Positions 9,291 to 18,951 of a DNA stretch of 64,000 bases are shown piece by piece (position 1 is the stretch's first letter; the number at the start of each line of letters is the position of its first letter). The translations under genes were made by a program, and so were the position numbers. Below the pieces are notes generated by a model. That model had not been told where the DNA came from. It did not search any database and saw nothing but the letters and a program-made list of their open reading frames with translations. Source of the DNA: Candidatus Cloacimonadales bacterium (GTDB lineage: Bacteria > Cloacimonadota > Cloacimonadia > Cloacimonadales > JAFGVF01); contig CAXXJV010000001.1 in the NCBI GenBank assembly GCA_963663475.2, forward strand, positions 864,001-928,000, in the 5' to 3' direction.

Positions 9291-12200
9291 TTAGTTTAAT
9301 ACAGCGATTTTCCCTTTTTTCTCAGAGTCCCCCATAGTGATTACATAGAAATAAATACCTGAAGAGACTTTTTTACCACTATTATTAGTAAGTTGCCATC
9401 GGAAATTATCTATGCCATAGAAAGGTCCGATTTGTTTGGTAAAGACTAAGTCTCCAGATTTAGTATAAATTGAGATATTACCTTTGGAGTTTAAAGGGAA
9501 GTTGGTAAAGTTAATCTCATTGTCTCCCTCTCTTGGATAAGCTGGATTAGGGAACACTACCAACTTTGATAAATCAGTAATATCTGTCAAGCTGAAATGA
9601 GCTGTACTGAATTGAGCAAGCATCATATTAGCATTACTATCGATGATATTGTTAGTAACAAGTTTATAGGGATAGTTTCCGTATTGCAAGTCACGGGTAA
9701 AAGAGACCATAACTTCATTGTTACTATGAGAAATTGATTCGATAGAACTTAGAATATCATTTGGTGGATTTTTAAGGGTGAAGTTGGCTTCTGTTACAGG
9801 TTGAAAGTCACTAGCAAAGATATTCTCAGAGAAAATCAACTTCACTTGAGATCGATTAACAATTTCAATATGTTCGATTGTAGGTGCAACTACATCAGCG
9901 ATATTCTCGAATTGAGAACTCAATGATTCAACTAAGATACCATTTCTAGATTTGACATCGTAACAAGTAAGCACATAAGTTGGTGCTTCAAGCTCTTGTC
10001 TTAATCTAATAATTGCCCGATTAAATTGAGAATCTAGGATAACTGAGTGAGGGTTCCCAACATTATTATTGAGAGAATAATGCCCTATCCTAATCATATC
10101 ACTTGCTAGAGGTACATTAAAGACAACTTCTAAACTAAAATCACCTATTTTTCTAACATTAACTATTTGAGGTTGTCTGTTAGGAATAACAACTTTCCAA
10201 GGGGTTAAGAAACTCTCAGAGTTAGGAAAGTCTGGGTTATAACAAGAAACAGCATAGCTATATTCTTGGTTTGTGTTTAATCCTTGGTCATAGAAGTAAC
10301 CATTCTGGGTACTAGTAAGCAATCCTTCTTGACCATTGAAACGACGATAAATATTATATGTAGATGTTCCATCTGCTTGCCAGGTTAGTTTTGCCGTACT
10401 TTCATCAAGAGGTAGAGCAATAAAATTATCTGGTGTAGCTGGCTCATTATGATAATCACGTGCTGTTAAATAGACAGCTTCTATCTCTTCTCCATGTAAT
10501 TGATTACAGATTAACATAGGTTGAGAAGATTGGTCTTCTTGATAGAAAGAAATCTGGAAAGAGTTATTGGAGTTATGAACCGCTGTTGGGGTTAGTTTTC
10601 CTGACAGGAATTCGACTTTATAGAGAAAAGGAGTAAGAGAGAGGTAAAGCTCATCTTTGCCGTCTTGATCACTATCATAGACAAGCAGTGAATTATTCTT
10701 ATCTACATTATCAAAAGTAATTTTATCAATAACTTGATAGCTGTTGTTACCATTAGATTTATAGAGATAAAACTCAAAATAAGTGTTATCCATATTTTCT
10801 AAGTTCTCAACATATCCACCAACGATAAACTCATTTTCTCCGTCTCCTGTAAAATCACCATAATCAACATAGTAGGCATTTCTCACCCCGATTCTATCAG
10901 TCCAGGTAAGATATTCTTCAGCATTGGAGTTGATTTCATAAATCATTACATCACCGTCAGTATCAGCAGCTAAGATATCTTGATAGTTATCTCCATCAAG
11001 GTCTCCACATTTAACCCAGGGAATAAAGGTGTTTCTAGCAAAAGTCGAAGAGGTATTTACCAATCTTTCTCTTTCTTCAAAGCTATTAAGCTGTCTCTGA
11101 TAAATCTTAATAACAGTTTGGGCTGGTTCATTTATCACGCAAATCAAATCATCTCTTCCATTGTTATTATAATCAGCAAAAATAGCACCAGAGGCATTGT
11201 TAATGGACTGGATGTAAGCATTTAGGGGATAGGAATTGTCAGAATAAGTATCATAGAGATAGAGTGTTTCAAGATTTAATCCTACAATATCATAGCCTGA
11301 ATTATTTGAATCTCCAATATCAAGGGGACGGAAGTTATCAGTAAATTGGTGTTTGATTGCTAAACCTTGGTCATTTTTCTCATAGATGGCAACAGATCCG
11401 AAAGTACCATTCTCAATGGTCATAGCAAGAAACTCATTTTTCCCATTTTCATCAAAGTCAACATAATCTTTTGTGGGGATTATCTGTTGTGGTAAGAGGG
11501 GAGAAACTTGGAAATGATTGATAGGAGTAGATGAGTTATCTATCTGGCCTAAGTTAGGAAACAAGTCTGATTCATAGACTAATCCAGACCTATTTCTTGC
11601 AGTGTATTGCAGGCTAATTGCACCACTAGCTAGTGAATTTGGTAGGGGAACAAAGACTAGAGAATCGGCAAAAGATGAGAAAGCACTAAAGACTTCATTA
11701 TTGCTATCAGTGATACTAGCTTGAATATCAACACTCTCATTAAAATGGAATTTAAGATAGTGGTTTTTAGTATTAGACCTATAACGGGTTACAAGCTCAG
11801 GTTGACTTTTAACTTGAGGGATTGATTTATCAATGTAGATATTTCTTAAAATATTAAAGACTTTTCCACTATTATTTTGCACAGTTAATCTAATCCTGTA
11901 GTTTCCATCAGGTAATTCTGGTTCTACTCTGAAATCTCTAAGATGACCTGTGTAAGGAAGGTTTATTTCATTATTGTAATAATAGACAGGTGTTTGATTA
12001 TGAGTATAGCAATCTTTCCAGACAATGTCTTCAACTTCATCACCAGAAGAGAAGGTTACTGAGTAGCGGAAAAAATCATCAAGCTCAATCTTACCTCTGA
12101 TTTCAAATGAAGAGCTAAGACCCATTTCTTCATAAGGGTAACTGATTGAGATATCTTGATTAGTATAGGTGCTGAGCAGATTGTAAGCATTTATTAGACC

Positions 12201-13475
12201 ATAACCATATTGTAGGTTAAAGCCACTAGCTGCTACACTTCCTAAGGGTAAATATTCAGTAGTAGAATAAAGCATAGTTTTAAGCTCATCAAAGGTAGTA
12301 CCAGGGCGTTGGGAAAGAAGTAAACCTATGATTCCTGCTGCATAGGGAGCAGCCATAGAAGTTCCAGATAGTTCTGAGTAACCATTGCTTGTCCCTTCCA
12401 TACTATAAGTAGAAAGAATTTGCGAGCCAGGTGCAACAATATCTAATTCAGGTCCATAGCTAGAGAAACTTGACAGCTCTTTTGATTCATCTACTGATCC
12501 AACGGAAATTACAGTTGATAGTTTAGCAGGATAACTGATGTAAGGGCCAGGATCATTACCAGAAGAGGCAACTAAGATTACTCCATGATCATAAGCATAC
12601 TGACAGGCATCGGCAATAATTGGGGAGTAGTAGGAAGAACCCCAACTCATATTTATGATATCAGCTCCCATATCAGTAGCATAGATGATAGCAGCAGAAA
12701 CGTCATCATCTTGTAGGTAACCACCACCAGAAGTAGTTCTGAAACCAGCTCTAATAGCAAGCAATCTTTTTTTCCAGATGACACCAGCTATTCCAATGCC
12801 ATTATTAACTTCTGCTCCAATGATACCACTTACATGGGTTCCATGATAGTTTTCATCAGAAGCATCATTATCTCTAACAGTATAATCTCCTAAGGCAATA
12901 TTATGAAGGGTTGGAGCATCAGTAAAGTCCCACCCCCTCCAATCATCAATATAGCCATTATTATCATTATCAGTATTGGAATCAGCTATTTCATTCTCAT
13001 TGTGGAAAACAACGTTAGTTAAGTCAGGATGTTCATAAAGAATACCCGAATCTACTACAGCTATGATTAAATCATCATCACCACTTGTGAATGTCCAGGC
13101 GTCAGGAATCTGACATAGGTCATGCTGCTGTTGATTAAAATATGGGTCATTTGTTCTAGCATGGAAGACATTAAGGTAGTTTGGTTGAATATATTCAACA
13201 TTAGAAAAGTCATTCCTTTTGCTTTCAATTTCTGAAAGAGGTATTTCTCTATCTGTTTCAATAACAAAGAACTGATTATTACTTTTTTGAGTTAAAGGGC
13301 TTATCTTGCTAACACCGTAAGTTTTTAGCCATTTACTCATAAGCGGTAGGGAATCAACCTCAAGATTAGCTCTTGAGTCTTTTAACTTAACAATTATTTC
13401 TCTAGGAGAATGAGTTAAAGTAAAAGCACAGGTAAATATTGTTATAAGAAAGCTTATTAGAAATACCTTTTTCAT
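9291..13475 (-). CDS. S8 subtilisin-family protease with FG-GAP repeats, FN3/Ig domains and T9SS/FlgD-like C-terminal domain
   Basis: Triad AVVDSG / HGTHVSG / SGTSMA; DxxxDGxxD repeats; VVFPNP...SGIYFY...KIAVLN tail. Confidence 0.92.
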   Translation of the reverse strand: MKKVFLISFLITIFTCAFTLTHSPREIIVKLKDSRANLEVDSLPLMSKWLKTYGVSKISPLTQKSNNQFFVIETDREIPLSEIESKRNDFSNVEYIQPNYLNVFHARTNDPYFNQQQHDLCQIPDAWTFTSGDDDLIIAVVDSGILYEHPDLTNVVFHNENEIADSNTDNDNNGYIDDWRGWDFTDAPTLHNIALGDYTVRDNDASDENYHGTHVSGIIGAEVNNGIGIAGVIWKKRLLAIRAGFRTTSGGGYLQDDDVSAAIIYATDMGADIINMSWGSSYYSPIIADACQYAYDHGVILVASSGNDPGPYISYPAKLSTVISVGSVDESKELSSFSSYGPELDIVAPGSQILSTYSMEGTSNGYSELSGTSMAAPYAAGIIGLLLSQRPGTTFDELKTMLYSTTEYLPLGSVAASGFNLQYGYGLINAYNLLSTYTNQDISISYPYEEMGLSSSFEIRGKIELDDFFRYSVTFSSGDEVEDIVWKDCYTHNQTPVYYYNNEINLPYTGHLRDFRVEPELPDGNYRIRLTVQNNSGKVFNILRNIYIDKSIPQVKSQPELVTRYRSNTKNHYLKFHFNESVDIQASITDSNNEVFSAFSSFADSLVFVPLPNSLASGAISLQYTARNRSGLVYESDLFPNLGQIDNSSTPINHFQVSPLLPQQIIPTKDYVDFDENGKNEFLAMTIENGTFGSVAIYEKNDQGLAIKHQFTDNFRPLDIGDSNNSGYDIVGLNLETLYLYDTYSDNSYPLNAYIQSINNASGAIFADYNNNGRDDLICVINEPAQTVIKIYQRQLNSFEERERLVNTSSTFARNTFIPWVKCGDLDGDNYQDILAADTDGDVMIYEINSNAEEYLTWTDRIGVRNAYYVDYGDFTGDGENEFIVGGYVENLENMDNTYFEFYLYKSNGNNSYQVIDKITFDNVDKNNSLLVYDSDQDGKDELYLSLTPFLYKVEFLSGKLTPTAVHNSNNSFQISFYQEDQSSQPMLICNQLHGEEIEAVYLTARDYHNEPATPDNFIALPLDESTAKLTWQADGTSTYNIYRRFNGQEGLLTSTQNGYFYDQGLNTNQEYSYAVSCYNPDFPNSESFLTPWKVVIPNRQPQIVNVRKIGDFSLEVVFNVPLASDMIRIGHYSLNNNVGNPHSVILDSQFNRAIIRLRQELEAPTYVLTCYDVKSRNGILVESLSSQFENIADVVAPTIEHIEIVNRSQVKLIFSENIFASDFQPVTEANFTLKNPPNDILSSIESISHSNNEVMVSFTRDLQYGNYPYKLVTNNIIDSNANMMLAQFSTAHFSLTDITDLSKLVVFPNPAYPREGDNEINFTNFPLNSKGNISIYTKSGDLVFTKQIGPFYGIDNFRWQLTNNSGKKVSSGIYFYVITMGDSEKKGKIAVLN

Positions 13476-13486
13476 CTTAAAGATCC

Positions 13487-14389
13487 TTAAAATTTGTATG
13501 ACAGACTTATTTTATGGACATCATCTAATCCATCAGTCATTTGTAAATATGCATAATTAATATTGAATGAATCGTAGTCTATACCGATACCATAGCTAAG
13601 TTCGTTGGAATCATTTTTAGCTTTATATCCTGTTCTTAGATAGAGAATTTCAAAAGTTTTTAGTTGGGCACCGAAATTATAGGCTAGGTCTGTATCTTGA
13701 GATTTATGAGTTTTTACATCAAGAGCTAAGTCATAATACTGAGAGATAAATTCTTTGGAAAGACCAAGTTCGTAATTAATAGGTAAATCTATTTTCTCTT
13801 TATCCATATTTGAAGTTGTTCCTAAGTTCTTAAGACTAGTATAAAGTTTCACATCTTTTAAAGGAGTTGACCAGACATAAGCTAAATCACTAGAAAAACC
13901 ATAGGCTGAAGCAGTTGATATTTTCTGATAAAGGATGTTAGCATTGATCCCGAAATAGTGGGTTGCACCCAATCTGTAAGCATAATTTACAGTACCTATG
14001 AAGTCAACAGGAGAGAATTCGCCTATGATATTACCGCTGTCATCGCGACTATCTAAAGTACCATAATTTAAGTGTCTAAAGGCATATCCCCAGTGATATT
14101 TTCTTTTATTTCGGGAGAGAGCACCACTTATAAGGTCAGTATCACCAATCCAAAAGTTTTGAGAAACAGTTATTATCTTGCTTTTATTAAAGAGACCTGC
14201 TGCAGGATTACTAGTGAAATTTAAAGCATCATTAGAGAAGAGTGCCCCAGTATCACCCATACCAGACATAGCTGGGCTACTTGTTATCTCTAAAATTTGA
14301 AATCCATACTCTCCTGCATTATCATTAAGGGCATTCAAGCTAGCGACAAGTGTAATTAACAGTATAGCGATTATTTTTATTTTATTCAT
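13487..14389 (-). CDS. PorV/PorQ family outer-membrane beta-barrel
   Basis: SPAMSGMG, NPAAG, KNLG, LYLRTGY, C-terminal SYKF. Confidence 0.85.
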   Translation of the reverse strand: MNKIKIIAILLITLVASLNALNDNAGEYGFQILEITSSPAMSGMGDTGALFSNDALNFTSNPAAGLFNKSKIITVSQNFWIGDTDLISGALSRNKRKYHWGYAFRHLNYGTLDSRDDSGNIIGEFSPVDFIGTVNYAYRLGATHYFGINANILYQKISTASAYGFSSDLAYVWSTPLKDVKLYTSLKNLGTTSNMDKEKIDLPINYELGLSKEFISQYYDLALDVKTHKSQDTDLAYNFGAQLKTFEILYLRTGYKAKNDSNELSYGIGIDYDSFNINYAYLQMTDGLDDVHKISLSYKF

Positions 14390-14401
14390 ATTTTTATCCT
14401 T

Positions 14402-17400
14402 CTATTTTTCTAAAGCAAATTTAATTTTTTTGTGTTTACCTTCAGCTTCAATTATAGCTAAGTAGATCCCTGAAGCCATCTTTCTAAAAGGTATATCAAA
14501 TTTATTCATGTTTTCTAAATAAGGGTCAAGTTCTTTTGTTGCGGTAAAGACTTTTTTCCCTGAGATAGAATAGATATTTAATTGGGCTAAGCAAGGTCTA
14601 GAAACCATAGCTTGGAAAATTAATTTATCATTAATAGTTGAATTGAATGGGTTAGGGTAAATGTAAACCTGCCCATCCACAAAAATATCTTCAGTCTCGA
14701 AAGTGTTAGTAAGCTGACTGTTAAATTCAACTGCATTTCTATGATAGTTCTTGTACTCAGTAAACCAGCTTTTAGAAGCTAAATCTAATTGGTTATCAGG
14801 GGACATATCTTGAATGAAGGCTCGGTTGATACTTGCTCCATCTTGAGTTGAATAAACATATAGTTTATCATCTTCTTGATGAAAGAAGGGATAGGAACGG
14901 CAGTTACTGTAATTTCCTACTGGGAAACCAGGAAGTGCTTGACCAGACTGATCCCAGACAGCGGTTCTATTTCGAGAGAAAGAACCAATGAAGTTATAGT
15001 TATCATCACCGGCCAGGTCAAGGGCATAAGCACCACCATAGACAATTAAAGAATCATTAGGGGTTGAGTAAACAGTGAACTTATTCTTATCTATCAATTC
15101 TCCATTATAGGCCAGGATTTTGATACCATCTTTGAAACCAATTATTAAGTCCCAAGTCCCATTCTTGTCATAATCAACAAGAGAAGGAGTAACAGTTGAT
15201 TTAACCGAAGATTCAAGATAGTTTATTCTGGTAAAGTCTTTACTAGTATAAGTGTAGAAACCATAAGGGCCTTGAACAATTAGCTCCATGGCTTCATGCT
15301 GGGGATTGAAATCGAAATACATTATATTATTTATCAAAGAATCAGCAGGAATATCAAGTTGGATATTTTCAATTAAGCCATCTTCTTCGTCTAATAAATT
15401 TAAGTAGTAGTTATCAGTCTTGCTAATAATCATAAGGTTATCAGCATAGAGGAGATTTGATTTAATTTTTCCTTGAATTTCAAAGATGGTTAACACATTT
15501 AAATCACTATCTACAACCTTGATAATACCTTGATTTAAGTCCGTATTACTCAAGGAGCAAAAGTAGCTATAAGTATTTTTGTCTTCTTGTTTATGAATCA
15601 AAACTGGTGAGGTCCAGCTGTAACCAGCTTGAGTAAAAATACTCTCAAGAGCCTGTCCATCATAGTAGCTGAGACTAGCTCGGGCAGTGGGTAAAATTGC
15701 TTGAGTTGGCAAGAGAAGTCTGTTAGCTATTTCATCATAACTGTGGTTACGGAAGATTTTATCTTCCATGGTGAAGTTATTAATTAATTGATCAGATTCA
15801 AAAATTGATAAGTTGTTGCCATTAGGTAGAATTATTTCATTCTGTCCATTTTGATTCATGTCTAATGATATAGCAGAATAATTAACAGTTCCAGTATAGG
15901 AGGTAGAGAGATTCCATTCAAACTTAACACTAAAGGTCATTGTATTGCTAGCTTGAGATATATTAAATACTTCAAAAGGAGTGCCTCCATAATAACTTAC
16001 AGCACTAGGTAAGTGGAGTTGGCTAGTATTTGGGTTTGGACTAAAGCCAATATAGTTATTCACATTCTCTCTAAAGGCATCTTCAGGTCCACCATAGCCA
16101 TATATAGATGCTTGAGGATTGCTATCTAATTGCTGGATACCATCTGCCTCTTCTAAATCAACGCCCTTATGATTGGCATCTCCATTAACTCTACTTAGTC
16201 CAATCTCTGGATCAAAGTTTGTTTCAATAATGTATTCATCAATATGCCAGATAAGCAGGCCTGAACCATCCACAGGTAAGTAGCCTCCACCTGAATAACC
16301 AGGTAAAAAGAAATCCCATTCGCATCCTTTAAGACGGTTTGTCATAAAGTTAAATTTTGGTACTAAATCTGTTTGCCCATCTTGTAAGGGGTAATATTCT
16401 TGCTGTCCTTCAGCTAGTAGTGGGAAGGTAAAAGAGGCTTGACCATTTAAGACTGAACCATCGGGATTTTGTGCTCTATTCTCAATCAAGAAGTATTCTT
16501 TTTCAGACATATTAATCTTGTAAATTTGGGGTTTAGTAGGGCTTTTATCTAAGAAGTGATCTATTTCAAGGTTATAAGTGTCTGCTGTAACTTCAACAGG
16601 AATATCCCAGCCTAAATAGTATCTTGACCAAGCAGAAAACTGAGCAGGTGTATAACCATTAGCATTCCAAGCACCTGACCCCATAATTCCCCAGTTACCT
16701 ATTCCTGCAGAAATGCCATTCTCAGAAATACCATCGCTTAAATTGGGAAGTCCTAAAGCATAGCCAAAGCTTGATGCTAAGACCCCTAAATTACCATAAG
16801 GAAGTTGACTACCATCTTGGGGAAAATAATCTTGCCATTGGTGTTCAGGAGCAATTACAAAATCTGTTACATAGCCACCATCAGCTGGAATACCTTGAAA
16901 ATCATCATTTTCAGGATCTAGACCTAACTGGAGATTTCTGCGTGATAAAAAAGTAGACCAGATTAAACCAGGCCTAATTTTACTTATATCTGATTCTTGC
17001 CCTGGACCTGCATGGAAGACAATGAAAGTATCCCAATTATTAAAATCAATAGTAGCATCTGATTTTTCTACTATTTCTTGAGCAAATTCAGCAATCCTCT
17101 GTCTAGTGTCTGTATCTGAACCATAATAAGACATAGGATTATCAAGCGTAATTACTTGAGGATAAAATTCATAGTTAAGTCTGTAATTTGTGTGTGAACC
17201 GTCATAAAGATAGTCGCTCAGTTGAATCATGTATCTATCAAAAAAAGCTTGATCATGAACTAGTGAATCTGGATATGAAGGTTGTGAAACAAAGCTAAGA
17301 TCACTAAATTGAACTAAATAAACTAATACGTTTTGAGGTAGTTCTTTTTGGCCCTTTCTATTTAATCGGGGAAATTTATCCGAAGGGAATGATGCCTTGC

Positions 17401-17497
17401 TTGATACCGGTTTATTCATCATTGGATGAGGCATAACCTCACCAATTAAGGTTATTACTAAGAAAAGTAATAAGGTCATAATTGAATATTTTTTCAT
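14402..17497 (-). CDS. M6 (immune inhibitor A)-like domain protein with T9SS-like C-terminus; zinc motif degenerate
   Basis: HAGPGQE, WGIMGSG, YFLIENR, GLLIWHID, GVDLEEADG; HExxH replaced by SSFGY; YIYPNP...SGIY tail. Confidence 0.85.
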   Translation of the reverse strand: MKKYSIMTLLLFLVITLIGEVMPHPMMNKPVSSKASFPSDKFPRLNRKGQKELPQNVLVYLVQFSDLSFVSQPSYPDSLVHDQAFFDRYMIQLSDYLYDGSHTNYRLNYEFYPQVITLDNPMSYYGSDTDTRQRIAEFAQEIVEKSDATIDFNNWDTFIVFHAGPGQESDISKIRPGLIWSTFLSRRNLQLGLDPENDDFQGIPADGGYVTDFVIAPEHQWQDYFPQDGSQLPYGNLGVLASSFGYALGLPNLSDGISENGISAGIGNWGIMGSGAWNANGYTPAQFSAWSRYYLGWDIPVEVTADTYNLEIDHFLDKSPTKPQIYKINMSEKEYFLIENRAQNPDGSVLNGQASFTFPLLAEGQQEYYPLQDGQTDLVPKFNFMTNRLKGCEWDFFLPGYSGGGYLPVDGSGLLIWHIDEYIIETNFDPEIGLSRVNGDANHKGVDLEEADGIQQLDSNPQASIYGYGGPEDAFRENVNNYIGFSPNPNTSQLHLPSAVSYYGGTPFEVFNISQASNTMTFSVKFEWNLSTSYTGTVNYSAISLDMNQNGQNEIILPNGNNLSIFESDQLINNFTMEDKIFRNHSYDEIANRLLLPTQAILPTARASLSYYDGQALESIFTQAGYSWTSPVLIHKQEDKNTYSYFCSLSNTDLNQGIIKVVDSDLNVLTIFEIQGKIKSNLLYADNLMIISKTDNYYLNLLDEEDGLIENIQLDIPADSLINNIMYFDFNPQHEAMELIVQGPYGFYTYTSKDFTRINYLESSVKSTVTPSLVDYDKNGTWDLIIGFKDGIKILAYNGELIDKNKFTVYSTPNDSLIVYGGAYALDLAGDDNYNFIGSFSRNRTAVWDQSGQALPGFPVGNYSNCRSYPFFHQEDDKLYVYSTQDGASINRAFIQDMSPDNQLDLASKSWFTEYKNYHRNAVEFNSQLTNTFETEDIFVDGQVYIYPNPFNSTINDKLIFQAMVSRPCLAQLNIYSISGKKVFTATKELDPYLENMNKFDIPFRKMASGIYLAIIEAEGKHKKIKFALEK

Positions 17498-17693
17498 GTT
17501 TACTCCTATTTTAAATTCTTTTTGGGAATTCCCTACAAATCGTCTGACCGGTTATCAATTACTCTATACTTTTCTCCTTTGAAATTCAGATATTTTTCTT
17601 TAAATACTATGATTGCAAATGCTATTAATTTAGTCAATTATTTTCTCTATTTAATTAGAAATTAATCCAGCATCCTTGTCGGTAACTTATTTA

Positions 17694-17860
17694 CTGGGAA
17701 GGCTAGCATCTTTGCTGGCATCTTTTCTTTTGTCGGAAGGTGGATTGTCTGCCTGCTGTAAAAACTGCTTCTTGTGACAGAAGCAAGAAAGCTATGGACT
17801 GAGACCATCCCTGGTCTCAGATTCTATTGTGCAAACAAGGATGTTTCCATTCTCTTCCCG
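17694..17860. repeat. Cluster of GC-rich REP-like hairpins
   Basis: TGCTTCT-TGTGAC-AGAAGCA, CTGAGACCA-TCCC-TGGTCTCAG, GCTAGCATCTTTGCTGGC, AAACAAGGATGTTT. Confidence 0.5.
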
Positions 17861-17882
17861 TAAGTTCTACTACATAATTTTG

Positions 17883-18401
17883 TTAAAATATTAAGATACC
17901 TATTACGCCAGTTACAATAGTTATGATGATAGGGTTAGGTTTTTTATAGAAGGATAAGGTTAAGACTCCCAGAAAGATGAGTAAACTTTTCCAATCCACC
18001 AGAGTTTTATAGCCAATAAACCAGACAGCGCTGGCAATAAAACCTATAGTTCCTGGTTTTATCCAAGCAAGAGCTTCCTTGACATATTTGTTATTTGCAA
18101 AAATGAAGAAGAAAGAGGCAATTATGAACATTATTATTATTGATGGCATTACCACACCAGCAGTCGCAAATACACCACCTAGTATTCCTCCTGTTTTTTG
18201 GCCTATAAAAGTGGCTGCATTAACAGCTATAGGGCCAGGAGTAGATTGAGCAATTGCAACTAAATCAATAAACTCTTGTTCAGTTAGCCATTGATTATTT
18301 TCCACAACTTCTTCTTGAATTAGGGGCAGCATGGCCAGTCCGCCTCCGAAAGCAAAGAGACCAATTTTAAAGAAGATTAAGAAAAGTTTAAGAAAGACCA
18401 T
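17883..18401 (-). CDS. chrA: Short-chain chromate transporter subunit
   Basis: FFKIGLFAFGGG, AQSTPGPIAVN. Confidence 0.92.
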   Translation of the reverse strand: MVFLKLFLIFFKIGLFAFGGGLAMLPLIQEEVVENNQWLTEQEFIDLVAIAQSTPGPIAVNAATFIGQKTGGILGGVFATAGVVMPSIIIMFIIASFFFIFANNKYVKEALAWIKPGTIGFIASAVWFIGYKTLVDWKSLLIFLGVLTLSFYKKPNPIIITIVTGVIGILIF

Positions 18402-18915
18402 GATTTTTTACCAACCTACTAATAATACTAATTATAATTAAACTAATGATGATAATTATAGGTGAAAGAGAAGCAAAAGTAAGCAGGCCAAAAGAGATAA
18501 TCATGGTTGCAATAGACAGGTAGTTTTTCTTACTTTTTTTCAGGAGGTTAACTAAGGAGAAAGTAATCATTGCCCCTACTGCAGGTCGAATTCCTTTAAA
18601 GAATCTTTCCATATAGGGGTTATCTCCATACTCAAGAATAAAGCCTGTTAGAAAACTTATGATTAAAAATGCTGGTAAAATGGTTGCTAGAGCACAGATG
18701 ATAGCTGTTAAGTAACCACCTAAACGATAGCCTAAAAAGACTGATATGTTAACAGCAATAGGGCCTGGAGACGTTTGCGATAATGCTAAACCATCATGAA
18801 AACTGTCATAATCAAGTAACTTCTCTTTTTCTACTAATTCGTATTCAATAAGATGTAACATGGCATAGCCTCCACCAATAGTGAAGGCGCCAATCTTAAA
18901 AAATATTTTGAACAA
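18388..18915 (-). CDS. chrA: Short-chain chromate transporter subunit (start possibly ATT at 18933)
   Basis: FFKIGAFTIGGGY, SQTSPGPIAVN. Confidence 0.92.
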   Translation of the reverse strand: MFKIFFKIGAFTIGGGYAMLHLIEYELVEKEKLLDYDSFHDGLALSQTSPGPIAVNISVFLGYRLGGYLTAIICALATILPAFLIISFLTGFILEYGDNPYMERFFKGIRPAVGAMITFSLVNLLKKSKKNYLSIATMIISFGLLTFASLSPIIIIISLIIISIISRLVKNHGLS

Positions 18916-18951
18916 TTTCCAATTTTTATTAATATTAGCTCCCTGAGAGCA

